64,000 nucleotides of DNA from Pedobacter sp. GTDB lineage: Bacteria; Desulfobacterota; Desulfuromonadia; Desulfuromonadales; Syntrophotaleaceae. The notes beneath the pieces are model-generated. The model was not told the DNA's origin and searched no databases. It was given only the letters and a program-made list of their open reading frames with translations. Below, in pieces: positions 10,108 to 20,454 of this stretch (position 1 is its first letter; every line of letters begins with the position of its first letter). A program made the translations under genes and the position numbers. Location of the stretch: NCBI GenBank assembly GCA_050253415.1, contig JBFWJC010000001.1:1640679-1704678 (forward strand). The letters run 5' to 3'.

Positions 10108-11048
10108 ACGATCGCAACCGTGAAAATATCAAACAGCCCAATCTGGCAGTAGAAATCGCCGGCTTGCGGCTTAAAAATCCTGTTATGCCTGCCTCCGGAA
10201 CCTTCGGTTACGGCCAGGAATATGAACCCTTTTTTGATCTTGACGAGTTGGGGGCTATTGTTACCAAGGGACTGTCCCTGAATCCCAAAGCGGGTAACCC
10301 GACGCCGCGCATTGCAGAAACGACCAGTGGTATGCTTAATGCCATCGGTTTGCAGAATGTCGGGGTTGAGGCATTTATCCGCGATAAAATGCCCTTTCTC
10401 CGGCAGTATCGCACCCCGGTTATCGCCAATTTTTTTGGTAATTCCCTGGAAGAATACGGCGAAATGGCGCGGCGCTTGTCCGATTTGCCGGAAGTGGCGG
10501 CTGCTGAACTTAATATCTCCTGTCCCAATGTTAAAAAAGGCGGCATCGTGTTCGGTACCGATCCGCAGGCCGCCGCCGAAGTGGTGTCGCTGGTGCGGCG
10601 CCATTTGAGCAAGCCCCTGATCGTCAAATTGACCCCCAACGTGACCGACATTACGGTCATGGCCCGGGCGGTCGAAGAGGCTGGGGCGGACGCCATCTGT
10701 TGTATCAATACCCTCACCGGGATGGCGGTCGATGTGCGTCGACGCAGCCTGCGCCTGGCGAATTTGACCGGAGGCCTTTCCGGTCCGGCGATTCGTCCTG
10801 TGGCGGTACGCATGGTTTACCAGGTGGTACAAGCGGTAAAGGTGCCGGTTATCGGGGTGGGCGGCATCACCAAAGCCGAAGACGCGCTGGAGTTTTTGAT
10901 CGTCGGGGCTCGGGCGGTGCAGGTGGGTACGGCAAATTTTGTCGATCCCCAGGCTATGCCTAAAATCGTGGCCGGACTGCAGCAGTACTGCCGCGAGCAG
11001 CGGGTGGACGACATCAACGATGTCATCGGTTCCCTGCAGTTGCCCTGA
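10104..11048 (+). CDS. pyrD: dihydroorotate dehydrogenase 1B catalytic subunit
   Basis: [45 protein letters not shown] overlap with pyrK. Confidence 0.97.
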   Translation: MNDRNRENIKQPNLAVEIAGLRLKNPVMPASGTFGYGQEYEPFFDLDELGAIVTKGLSLNPKAGNPTPRIAETTSGMLNAIGLQNVGVEAFIRDKMPFLRQYRTPVIANFFGNSLEEYGEMARRLSDLPEVAAAELNISCPNVKKGGIVFGTDPQAAAEVVSLVRRHLSKPLIVKLTPNVTDITVMARAVEEAGADAICCINTLTGMAVDVRRRSLRLANLTGGLSGPAIRPVAVRMVYQVVQAVKVPVIGVGGITKAEDALEFLIVGARAVQVGTANFVDPQAMPKIVAGLQQYCREQRVDDINDVIGSLQLP

Positions 11049-11167
11049 TCTATGGCACCATATTGTTGGGAGGGACATCACTAAGCTGTTATGCTTGGAG
11101 ATATAAGGCCGCGAACATTGGGGTGGCGGCAGGCAGGCACATCTTCTCAGGGAGTCGTTGATCTTTC

Positions 11168-13822
11168 ATGGATGTCATAACCACGCACATCAATGCCGAT
11201 TTCGACTGCCTGGGGAGCATGATCGCCGCCAAAAGGCTCTATCCCGATGCCGTGATGGTCTTTGCCGGTGCTCAGGAACGCAGTCTGCGCGAGTTTTTCA
11301 TGCAGAGTGCGTATTATGCTTATGAATTCAAACGTATCAAGGATATTGACCTGGCGGCCATTAATCGACTGATTCTGGTTGATGTCTGCCAGGCGGAACG
11401 CATCGGTCCTTTCGGGGAGGTGGCCAAACGCCCCGATGTCGAAGTGCACATCTACGACCATCATCCCAATAAACCCCACGCCCTGCGGGGAGCCGTGGAG
11501 GAAATCCGTCCTGCCGGTTCCACCGTCACGATTCTGACCCACATATTCCAAAAGCGTGGTATTCATCCGACCCCGGATGAGGCCACCATGATGTTGCTGG
11601 GGTTGTACGAAGATACCAGCAAGTTGTTGTCCCATGCCACCGCTGCGGCCGATTACGAAGCGGCGGCCTATCTTGTGGAGCACGGTGGCAACCTCAATAC
11701 CGTATCCGATTTTCTGGTGCAGGAGCTGACTTCCGATCAGGTGGCATTGCTGCATAAACTGCTGCTGTCCTTGACGGCCATCAACGTCAACAGCATTGAT
11801 ATCCACATCGCCCATGCTTCCATCGATGATTTCGTCGGCGATCTCGCGGTGCTGACGCATAAAATCAAGGACATGAAGACGTTGAACGCCCTGTTCGTGG
11901 CGGTGCGCATGGGGGATCGTATTTTTATGGTCGGCAGGTCCCGCTTACCGGAGGTGCCCGCCGGTGACATCCTTGAGGAGTTCGGCGGCGGTGGCCATTC
12001 GTTTGCGGCCTCGGCCACGCTCAGGGACCTGACCCTGGTGCAGGTGCTTGACAAGCTGCCTGTAGTGTTGAGGCGGCATGTCAATCCCCACTGGGAAGCG
12101 CGTCACATCATGTTTTCGCCCGTCAAATCGGTGCAGAAAACAGATACCATCGCCCAGGTGCGGGAAATCCTTACCCGCTACAATATTAATGCCATGCCGG
12201 TACTTGATGGGGAGCAGGTGGTCGGTATCATTACCCGTCAAATCGTCGAAAAAGCCGCGCATCATCTGCTCGGGGACGTCCAGGTCGGTGAGTATATGAG
12301 TTTCGATTTTTCCTCGGTGGCTCCCGATACTCCCATGGAAGAACTTCAGGATCTGATTGTCGATCGTCATCAGCGGTTCGTGCCGGTTGTGGAGGGCGGC
12401 ATATTGGTCGGCGCCCTGACACGCACGGATCTTTTGCATCATCTGGTATCCGGTGCGGTAGCGCGCCGTCGTGTCGGCATTGGTGAACCGGGCAACGGTC
12501 TGACTCTCAAAAGACGCGTGGTCGGTCACCTGTTGCGCAATCAGCTTCGTGAATCGCTGCAAAAAACCCTGTCCAGTATCGGAAAAGTCAGTGATGCCCT
12601 GGGATGCAATGTATTTGTGGTAGGCGGTTTCGTGCGTGATTTGCTGTTGCGCCAGGAGAACTTCGACGTTGATATCGTGGTGGAGGGTGATGGTATCGCG
12701 TTTGCCGAGGAGTATGCCCGGCGTTATGGTTGCCGGGTGCGGGCGCATAAAAAGTTTGCCACGGCGGTACTGATTTTTCCGGACGGTTTCAAGGTGGATG
12801 TCGCTTCGGCACGCACCGAATATTATCTGGAGCCGGGCGCCCTGCCAACGGTTGAGACAGCCTCCATCAAGCTCGATCTGTACCGTCGCGATTTTACCAT
12901 CAACTCCCTTGCCATCGCATTGAATGGTCCCCATTTTGGCGAACTCCTCGACTATTTCGGTGGTCAGAACGACCTGCGGGAAAAAGCTGTTCGGGTATTG
13001 CACAACCTCAGTTTTGTGGAAGACCCGACGCGCATGTTTCGGGCTATCCGTTTCGAGCAACGGCTCGGGTTTCAGATGGGAAGGCATACCGAGCACTTGC
13101 TTAAAAGCGCGGTGCGCATGGGGTTCCTTGAAAAGATCAGCGGTCCCCGGGTTTTCAACGAGTTGATCCTTATCCTCAGGGAAACCGATCCATTACCGGC
13201 TATGAAGCGCCTTGACGAATTGGGTTTGCTGGCCATTATTCACCCGCAATTGTCGTTCAGGTCTTTGCTGAGCAGGATGTTTGCGGCTGCCAAGCGCGCC
13301 TACGACTGGTATGAACTACTTTATACCGGTGAGCGTTGCCATCGCTGGCAGGTGTTTTTTCTCTGCTTGTTCTCGGAGTTGGACAACCTGGAAGTTCAAC
13401 AGGTTGTCCAACGTTTGGGCATGCCGCCACGTCACGGAGAGTTTTTTGGCCCGGAGAGGGATGCGGCGCATCGCGTGATCAATCAGCTTGAATGGCGTTG
13501 TCAACAACGGCTGGATTTGCGCGACAGTGAAATTTTCAACCTGTTGAAAGATCTTCCGGTCGAAACCCTGCTGTATGGCATGGCTCGTGCCGAACATGAA
13601 GAAACCCGCCGTATTATTTCCCACTTTATTACGCATCTCCGGCAAATACACTGTCTGCTGGGAGGGCGTGATTTGCAGGCGATGGGGCTTGAACCAGGGC
13701 CCCTGTATCGGAAAGTGTTCCAAGGTCTGCTTACGGCCCGACTGGATGGAAAGCTTGTGACTCGTGAAGATGAAATTCAGTTTGTTGTAAAACGCTTTTT
13801 GGGGAATGACACCGAAAACTAG
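11168..13822 (+). CDS. DHH/DHHA1 + CBS-pair + class II tRNA nucleotidyltransferase (CCA- or A-adding)
   Basis: HINADFD, YDHH, GGGH (DHH-DHHA1); CBS pair; VGGFVRD..DVDIV, RRDFTIN, EDPTRMFRAIRF nucleotidyltransferase motifs. Confidence 0.9.
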   Translation: MDVITTHINADFDCLGSMIAAKRLYPDAVMVFAGAQERSLREFFMQSAYYAYEFKRIKDIDLAAINRLILVDVCQAERIGPFGEVAKRPDVEVHIYDHHPNKPHALRGAVEEIRPAGSTVTILTHIFQKRGIHPTPDEATMMLLGLYEDTSKLLSHATAAADYEAAAYLVEHGGNLNTVSDFLVQELTSDQVALLHKLLLSLTAINVNSIDIHIAHASIDDFVGDLAVLTHKIKDMKTLNALFVAVRMGDRIFMVGRSRLPEVPAGDILEEFGGGGHSFAASATLRDLTLVQVLDKLPVVLRRHVNPHWEARHIMFSPVKSVQKTDTIAQVREILTRYNINAMPVLDGEQVVGIITRQIVEKAAHHLLGDVQVGEYMSFDFSSVAPDTPMEELQDLIVDRHQRFVPVVEGGILVGALTRTDLLHHLVSGAVARRRVGIGEPGNGLTLKRRVVGHLLRNQLRESLQKTLSSIGKVSDALGCNVFVVGGFVRDLLLRQENFDVDIVVEGDGIAFAEEYARRYGCRVRAHKKFATAVLIFPDGFKVDVASARTEYYLEPGALPTVETASIKLDLYRRDFTINSLAIALNGPHFGELLDYFGGQNDLREKAVRVLHNLSFVEDPTRMFRAIRFEQRLGFQMGRHTEHLLKSAVRMGFLEKISGPRVFNELILILRETDPLPAMKRLDELGLLAIIHPQLSFRSLLSRMFAAAKRAYDWYELLYTGERCHRWQVFFLCLFSELDNLEVQQVVQRLGMPPRHGEFFGPERDAAHRVINQLEWRCQQRLDLRDSEIFNLLKDLPVETLLYGMARAEHEETRRIISHFITHLRQIHCLLGGRDLQAMGLEPGPLYRKVFQGLLTARLDGKLVTREDEIQFVVKRFLGNDTEN

Positions 13823-13908
13823 CCGTAATGAACGTACTTGGTTGACGCAGCTGGCAGGCATTTGCTAAAAAGGACTGTTAAAGTATTTTTCTCCTCTTCT
13901 GGGTATTT

Positions 13909-14589
13909 ATGGATCTTTTTCTTCAAAAACTGTCGATCATGCTGGTGCCCGGACTGTTGGCCATTACAATGCATGAAGTGGCACATGGTTGGGTGGCAGA
14001 GCGTTTTGGTGATCCAACCGCTCGTCTGCTTGGTCGCTTGACCCTTAATCCCGTTAAACACCTTGACCCGATCGGCACCTTGTTGCTGTTTTTTATCGGT
14101 TTTGGTTGGGCTCGCCCAGTGCCGGTCAATCCGGGTAACTTAAGAGACCCCCGCCGGAACATGTTGTGGGTAGCTCTCGGCGGGCCGATTGCCAATCTCG
14201 GCCTGGCACTTTTGTCGGCCCTGGTACTGCGTGGGCTCGGTCGTTTACCGACAGGGTCCATGGGTAATATTGAGTCCATGGTACTCGAACCCTTGACTCT
14301 GATGGCTGCTTTCAGCCTGTATATAAACGTCGTGTTGGCGGTGATCAACCTTATGCCGGTGCCACCCCTTGACGGAGGCAGGGTGTTGATTGGCCTGTTG
14401 CCACAAAAGACTGCAGCGGTGGTGGCACGGCTTGAACCTTTCGGTTTTTTTATTGTTATTTTCTTGTTTTTTTTCTCACCGCTGTCGGAACGTGTATTAT
14501 TGCCCATCGTTGGTTCGCTGACAGCTTTCTTGGCCGGTCCTCAGCTGTCCCTCGTTCAGAAAGTGTTTGCTGTGCTGTTTAGGGCTTAA
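13909..14589 (+). CDS. site-2 protease family (M50) membrane peptidase
   Basis: HEVAH, NLMPVPPLDGG, hydrophobic segments. Confidence 0.93.
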   Translation: MDLFLQKLSIMLVPGLLAITMHEVAHGWVAERFGDPTARLLGRLTLNPVKHLDPIGTLLLFFIGFGWARPVPVNPGNLRDPRRNMLWVALGGPIANLGLALLSALVLRGLGRLPTGSMGNIESMVLEPLTLMAAFSLYINVVLAVINLMPVPPLDGGRVLIGLLPQKTAAVVARLEPFGFFIVIFLFFFSPLSERVLLPIVGSLTAFLAGPQLSLVQKVFAVLFRA

Positions 14590-14593
14590 TTAG

Positions 14594-15358
14594 ATGTCTT
14601 ACGAAGTTGAACTTGCGGTTTTCAAGGGTCCGCTTGATCTGTTGCTGCATCTCATAAAAAAACATGAGATGGACATCTATGATATCCCCATTGCCGAGAT
14701 TACAACCCAATATCTCGCTGCGTTGGATGCCCTGCAATCTCTCAATCTGGATATTGCCGGCGAATTTTTGGTCATGGCCTCGACGCTGGTACATATCAAA
14801 TCGCGTATGCTGCTGCCTCTCGATCCCGATCCCGATTCCGAGGAAGAAGAGACTGATCCCCGCGCGGAACTTGTGCATCGTCTGCTGGAATACCAGCGCT
14901 ATAAGGTGGCTGCCGTGGCGCTGGATGAATATGATATCCTTGGTCGCGACGTGTTTGCCCGTTCATGTGTTGAATCCGCGCTGGACGAGAAGAACGACGC
15001 CGAGCTCGAGCCGGTTGGCATCTTTGAGTTGGTCGAGGCCTTGCGGGATCTTCTCAAACAAACGCCGCCCGAACCGGTTCACGAGGTCATCAGGGAAAGA
15101 ATGTCCGTGGCAGAAAGGGTGTCCATGCTGCTTCAGGTTCTTGATGGGTGCCAAAGCTTGGCTTTTGAGTCCCTGCTGTCGGATCCGCCCACCCGCGAAG
15201 AGCTGGTGGTGACGTTTCTCGCGATGTTGGAGTTGGTAAAATTACGCACGGTTCGCATCATGCAAAATCAGCGTTGCGGTTCTATATGGTTGTTTCCCCT
15301 TGCACCCGATCCGGCCCGCGAACTGCCCTTGCAGGATGAAACTTTTGGATACTGCTGA
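14594..15358 (+). CDS. scpA: segregation and condensation protein A
   Basis: FKGPLDLLLHLI, GEFLVMASTL, FLAMLEL. Confidence 0.95.
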   Translation: MSYEVELAVFKGPLDLLLHLIKKHEMDIYDIPIAEITTQYLAALDALQSLNLDIAGEFLVMASTLVHIKSRMLLPLDPDPDSEEEETDPRAELVHRLLEYQRYKVAAVALDEYDILGRDVFARSCVESALDEKNDAELEPVGIFELVEALRDLLKQTPPEPVHEVIRERMSVAERVSMLLQVLDGCQSLAFESLLSDPPTREELVVTFLAMLELVKLRTVRIMQNQRCGSIWLFPLAPDPARELPLQDETFGYC

Positions 15359-15923
15359 ACTGAAATCTATCCTTGAAGCACTCTTGTTTGCCGCACCGGG
15401 GCCGGTGCGCCTTGAGCAATTGGCGCTTGCCGCCGAGGTTGATCCTGGACTGGTTGCGCCATTATTGGCTGAATTGGAGGAGGAATATCGTCGAACCTGC
15501 CGCGGTTTTGTGTTGGTCGCTTTGGCCGAAGGTTATCAGCTTCGCACCCGCCCCGAGCATGCTGAAATGGTACGACGACTTCAAAGCAGTCGTCCGGTGC
15601 GGATGTCTCGCGCTGCTTTGGAAGCTCTCGCCATCATTGCCTACCGTCAGCCTGTGACGCGGGCCGATATCGATTATTTGCGTGGGGTCGATTCCGGCGG
15701 GGTTGTCAAGAGCCTGTTGGATAAGCGGCTGGTGAGGATTGTAGGTAAGAAAGATATACCAGGTAGACCCTTGCTGTACGGTACGAGCCGAGAATTCCTG
15801 GAATTCTTTGGTTTGCAGTCTTTGGAAGATTTGCCTACCCTTAAAGAATTCACCGAACTGACCAAGGAAAGCGAAACCCTGCTGTTCGATTTCGAAGCGG
15901 GTCTCGAAGATGGAAAAACCTGA
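15336..15923 (+). CDS. scpB: segregation and condensation protein B
   Basis: LEALLFAA, ALEALAIIAYRQPVTR, RGVDS, PGRPLLYGT..FLEFFGL; start approximate. Confidence 0.95.
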   Translation: MKLLDTAELKSILEALLFAAPGPVRLEQLALAAEVDPGLVAPLLAELEEEYRRTCRGFVLVALAEGYQLRTRPEHAEMVRRLQSSRPVRMSRAALEALAIIAYRQPVTRADIDYLRGVDSGGVVKSLLDKRLVRIVGKKDIPGRPLLYGTSREFLEFFGLQSLEDLPTLKEFTELTKESETLLFDFEAGLEDGKT

Positions 15924-16032
15924 TCTGATTATCTTATGATTCTGACAAGATGAAGCGGGCTGAAAAGAAGCTGAATTTGGTTACCTTTTGTCTGCAGCTA
16001 TCAACCCGAAGCCTTTTTTATATGCGAGATTT

Positions 16033-16743
16033 ATGAAACAGCGACTGCAAAAATTGATTGCCGGTGCCGGACTTGCTTCCCGGCGTAAGGCCGAAGAGTG
16101 GATAGCCAACGGTCGCGTAACGATCAATGGTGAAATAGCAGAACTCGGCGCGCAGGCAGATCCCGGAAAGGATCGCATTCTTGTTGATGGTCGCCCATTG
16201 CCGCAGGCTGAAGAGCCCGTTTGTCTGCTTATGTACAAACCGGTGGGGTATGTCACCAGCCTTCGGGATCCGCAGGGGCGTCCGGTGGTGACAGATCTGG
16301 TGCGCAACGTACAGGCTCGTTTGTTCCCTGTCGGGCGCCTTGATCTGAATACCGAGGGGTTGTTGCTGCTTACCAATGATGGCGATCTGGCCTGGCGTCT
16401 CAGCCATCCAAGCCATGAGGTCAGCAAGACTTATCTGGTGCGACTGCAGGGAGGCTTGTCGGCCGAGGCACGAAATGCCCTGGAAAAAGGGGTGCAGCTT
16501 GAAGATGGCTTGACGGCACCGGCGAAAGTGGCTCGAATCCGACAGTCCGGCAGTCATGCCTGGTTTGAGTTAACGATTCATGAAGGGCGCAACCGGCAAG
16601 TTCGGCGTATGTGTGAAGCGTTGGGATGTCCTGTGAGTCGCTTGAAGCGCATCCGTTATGCGTTTCTCGATTTGGAAGATCTGAAGCCTGGACAATGCCG
16701 TCAGTTGAGTCGCGACGAGGTGGCTCGATTGAAGAAGTTATGA
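16033..16743 (+). CDS. rluB: 23S rRNA pseudouridine synthase (RluB/RsuA family)
   Basis: S4 domain RLQKLIA..G.ASRR, VGRLD..TEGLLLLTNDG, EGRNRQVRRM; follows scpB. Confidence 0.88.
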   Translation: MKQRLQKLIAGAGLASRRKAEEWIANGRVTINGEIAELGAQADPGKDRILVDGRPLPQAEEPVCLLMYKPVGYVTSLRDPQGRPVVTDLVRNVQARLFPVGRLDLNTEGLLLLTNDGDLAWRLSHPSHEVSKTYLVRLQGGLSAEARNALEKGVQLEDGLTAPAKVARIRQSGSHAWFELTIHEGRNRQVRRMCEALGCPVSRLKRIRYAFLDLEDLKPGQCRQLSRDEVARLKKL

Positions 16744-16915
16744 AGGATAGCTGCGTGGCCGAAATTCCCATGTTTCGGCGTGGATGTGCAGGAGCTTCTT
16801 TTATTATGAAAAACAGGGGTTTTCCCTGTTTTGTAACGGTATCCGGCACGCTTGACAGGTTGAATGAAACTGGTTTAAATTGCTTAACTGCACCATAAAC
16901 TTCAACAACGGGTGA

Positions 16916-19378
16916 ATGACCTTGTCAAAAAAGGAAAAGCTGCTTCAGGCAGCGCAAAAAAATATTCAGAAAGCTCAGTGGCTCAAGGCCGCCAAGGACT
17001 ACCAGAAAGTCGTCGAGCTTGATCCCAAGGATGTGAGAACCCGTCAGCGACTGGCCGAATTGCTGAACCGTGCCGGCTTGGTTTCTGAGTCTCTTGAGGC
17101 TTATGAAATTGTCGCCAAATACTATGCAGATAATGGGTTTTATCTCAAGGCTATCGCTGTTTATAAGCAGATGCAGAAGATAAGTCCCTCCGATGAAAAG
17201 ATTTATCGGCGACTTGCATTGCTGAACGAAAAACAAGGGCTTGTCGGTAATGCTCTCGGGGAATACCGGGGACTTGCAGAGCTTTACGAAAAGGCGGGCA
17301 AACTAGTCGAGCTGAATGAAATTCTGGAAAAGATGAAAGAACTCGACCCCGAGAACAGCGGGTTGCGGTTGCGCATCTGCCAGAGTTACCTTGAAGAGGA
17401 AATTTCTGACAAGGCCCACGCCGCCTTGCGAGAAACGTTGGTTCTGCTGGAAAAAAACAAAGATTTGGCTCCTACCAGAAAAATAAAAGAGCTGATTGAA
17501 ACATACCTGCCGGGCGAAATTGGCTTGAAGATCGAAGTCGGGAGGATTTTTCTGCTCTGCAATCAGCCGGAAGAAACCGTCGCTCTGTTGGCAGGGGAAG
17601 CAGATAAATATCCTGATAAAAAAGAAATCCTGCCGGTTTTGGCCCTGGCTTACCGGCAGATGACCGATTTTACCAGTGAACGTCAGGTTTATGAGTTGTT
17701 GCTTGCCGGTGAGCCCGATAATATTGACTTTCAGGAAGCCTTTGCACGCGCTTGCCTTGATTGTGGAGAGGATCAGGAAGCTCTTGACCATCTTGAACGC
17801 TGGAAAGATTCTTTTCTGCAAAAGGGCCGCCCCCAGGTTCTTAAAGAATTTTATGAACAACTGCAGGTTATGCGTGGCGATGATGCGCTAGTCCGGCAAA
17901 CCCTGCATCAGGTCTATGAAAATACCGGGGAAGGCTCGAAGTTGTTCGATCTGCTCTCTGAGGATGGCCAAAAAAGTCAACAGGTCAAGGTTGCGTCGAC
18001 AGACGAGCCGGAGGCTTCCGGTGAATGGTTTGGCAGTGAATTGCTGGAGGTCGAGGAGGGTGGTTTTTTCGAAACGGAAGCCCCTGATTCTGATGCGACC
18101 TCAATTCAAGATCAAAAACACGACGATTCTTGTGTCGCCGACAGCTTTTTGTTGCAAGAGGAGTCTCAACCGCTCCTCGGTGCGGCTGAAGAGGTTTTCG
18201 AGGGGCTGGCACAGGATGACGGCATTGCAGCCAGCGATGTCAATCTTGATCCAATGCCATCCGAGGATGATGACGACGAGGTGATTGAACTGGAACTCGA
18301 GTTGGATGAATTTGAAAGTGAATCCATACTTGAGGTCGAAGCCACTGACACCTTGTTCGAAGAGCCCGGTATCACTGATGATAACCAGGAACCGCAGGGC
18401 GGTATTGATTTCGATGCTCTGGACCTGAACAGTGGCAATGAAACGGCGGAAGGTGAAATCGAGATTTCCGCTGACAATTCATTCGACATGCAGCTTCCTA
18501 TGGCCGAACCTTCCTCTTTGCCCTCGGAGGATGCTTCGCATGCCACCTCGCCCATTGACGACAGTCTTGCCGATTTGCAGAAAGAACTTGGCGAGGTGTT
18601 TGATATGGAGTCCTTCGATCTGGAGGATGATGAGCCCGACCTTACAAGTGATCTGGAAGAAGCTGAGTTTTACGTACAACAGAACTTTTTCGAGGAAGCG
18701 CAGAAAAAATGTCAATCACTGCTTGAGCGCTCACCGCGTTGTAAGGAAGCCCTTGAGCTTCTTCGTCAGGTAGAAGAACACTTGGCGCAAAACAAGACGG
18801 CTTCTGCTGGGTCCTTGAGTGTGAAGGAGATTCCATCGGTTTCAGATGTGCCTCCTCAAACTACCGGTGATAGAGATCAAAGCCGGTTGGAAGGCAATAT
18901 CTCCGCGTTCAAAAAAGGCATTGAAGACGCTGTAGCCCAGGATGATTGCGAAACCCATTATGATTTAGGGATTGCCTACAGGGAGATGGGTTTGCTCGAT
19001 GAGGCTATCGAAGAATTCACCAAGGCCATGAGTCATCCCAGTCGCTATACCGACGCTCTGACCCTGATTGGTAACTGCCTTGTAAGCAAGGGGGATTTCG
19101 ACCAGGCGGCTGAATTGTTCAAGAAAGGCCTGCACCAGGAAAATCTCAACGAAGGAGACAGGCTTAATCTCTACTTTGAACTCGGTCAGCTAAATGTGGT
19201 TTGGGGACGGCCGCTGGAAGCCTTGGACAGTTTTCAACAGGTTGCCGATACCGATATTTCCTATCGGGATGTGGGAGATCATATCCGTAAGCTGCGTGAC
19301 GAACTTGGTCTGGACGATGGCGGGGATGTTGGCGGACCGGCTGGTGGTCCTGGTAGTAACCGTGTTTCATACCTGTGA
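16916..19378 (+). CDS. large TPR protein with acidic linker and C-terminal TPR block
   Basis: N-terminal TPRs (YADNGFYLKAIAVYKQ), D/E-rich middle, ETHYDLGIAYREMGLLDEAIEEF, terminal RVSYL. Confidence 0.85.
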   Translation: MTLSKKEKLLQAAQKNIQKAQWLKAAKDYQKVVELDPKDVRTRQRLAELLNRAGLVSESLEAYEIVAKYYADNGFYLKAIAVYKQMQKISPSDEKIYRRLALLNEKQGLVGNALGEYRGLAELYEKAGKLVELNEILEKMKELDPENSGLRLRICQSYLEEEISDKAHAALRETLVLLEKNKDLAPTRKIKELIETYLPGEIGLKIEVGRIFLLCNQPEETVALLAGEADKYPDKKEILPVLALAYRQMTDFTSERQVYELLLAGEPDNIDFQEAFARACLDCGEDQEALDHLERWKDSFLQKGRPQVLKEFYEQLQVMRGDDALVRQTLHQVYENTGEGSKLFDLLSEDGQKSQQVKVASTDEPEASGEWFGSELLEVEEGGFFETEAPDSDATSIQDQKHDDSCVADSFLLQEESQPLLGAAEEVFEGLAQDDGIAASDVNLDPMPSEDDDDEVIELELELDEFESESILEVEATDTLFEEPGITDDNQEPQGGIDFDALDLNSGNETAEGEIEISADNSFDMQLPMAEPSSLPSEDASHATSPIDDSLADLQKELGEVFDMESFDLEDDEPDLTSDLEEAEFYVQQNFFEEAQKKCQSLLERSPRCKEALELLRQVEEHLAQNKTASAGSLSVKEIPSVSDVPPQTTGDRDQSRLEGNISAFKKGIEDAVAQDDCETHYDLGIAYREMGLLDEAIEEFTKAMSHPSRYTDALTLIGNCLVSKGDFDQAAELFKKGLHQENLNEGDRLNLYFELGQLNVVWGRPLEALDSFQQVADTDISYRDVGDHIRKLRDELGLDDGGDVGGPAGGPGSNRVSYL

Positions 19379-19458
19379 CCGCGGTTTTCCTAACGGGACA
19401 ATCGCGACTTGCCTGCGTGTCAATTTGATTAATAGCCTGCACAAAAGAGGATGGGCGG

Positions 19459-20364
19459 ATGAGTTATCTTGAGCATTTCGGTCTGGACCGGGAACCTTTT
19501 TCCAATGCACCGGATGCACGATTTTATTACAACAGTGAGCAACATCGTCAAGCCATGTTACGGTTGATGCATGTCATCGATTCAAATAAAGGGCTGGCTG
19601 TAGTCATAGGTGGTGTTGGTACCGGAAAAACGACTCTGGCTCGCAGGATGCTCGATTTTCTTGACGAAGAGCATTATGTGGCCTCGCTATTGGTGATGGT
19701 GCATTCCGGTGTAACACCCGAATGGATTTTGACCCGCATAGCTTTGCAACTCGGTGTCGAAAGCCCGGCCCTGGATCGCATGGCCTTGCTTAAACAACTG
19801 TATGATTGCCTGATAGAAATCGATGCATCCGGACGCAAAGCAGTAGTGCTTATCGATGAGGCTCAAATGCTGCAGACCCGTGAACTCATGGAAGAGTTCC
19901 GCGGATTGCTGAATCTTGAGATTCCCTCCAAGAAATTGCTTAATATTCTATTTTTCGGCCTTCCTGAAGTTGAGGATTGTCTGCGACTCGATGAACCGCT
20001 TGCCCAGCGGGTAGCGGTGAAATACCGTCTGCATTCCTACACCCACACTACCGCCGAAGCCTATATCAGTCATCGGTTGCAGGTTGCTGGAGCACGTCAA
20101 ACGATCATCGATCCCGATACCATTCCTGTCATCCACAACTATGCAGGTGGCGTCCCTCGCCTGATCAATACCATTTGTGATAATTGTTTGCTGGAAGCCT
20201 ACCTGCTCAAGCAGAGCCAGGTTACCGCCCCGATAGTCGAAAATGTGGCCGGCGATCTTGGCTTGTGCCAGCAACCATCGCAACCCTTCAAAAATGATAT
20301 GCAGGATTTGGGGGATATTGAGGATATCGACGAAATGCTTAATTCCCTCGAGCGCAAATTCTGA
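19459..20364 (+). CDS. ExeA/GspA-family AAA+ ATPase
   Basis: YLEHFGLDREPF, GGVGTGKTT, VLIDEAQ, GVPRLINTICD. Confidence 0.92.
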   Translation: MSYLEHFGLDREPFSNAPDARFYYNSEQHRQAMLRLMHVIDSNKGLAVVIGGVGTGKTTLARRMLDFLDEEHYVASLLVMVHSGVTPEWILTRIALQLGVESPALDRMALLKQLYDCLIEIDASGRKAVVLIDEAQMLQTRELMEEFRGLLNLEIPSKKLLNILFFGLPEVEDCLRLDEPLAQRVAVKYRLHSYTHTTAEAYISHRLQVAGARQTIIDPDTIPVIHNYAGGVPRLINTICDNCLLEAYLLKQSQVTAPIVENVAGDLGLCQQPSQPFKNDMQDLGDIEDIDEMLNSLERKF

Positions 20365-20454
20365 TTTAGGTCTCCCCGCTGACTTTGGGTCGTTTTATTC
20401 CCTTTATAGCTAAGCGTATATATTCTGTTTACTTTACCGTCATCGTGAGGACTG

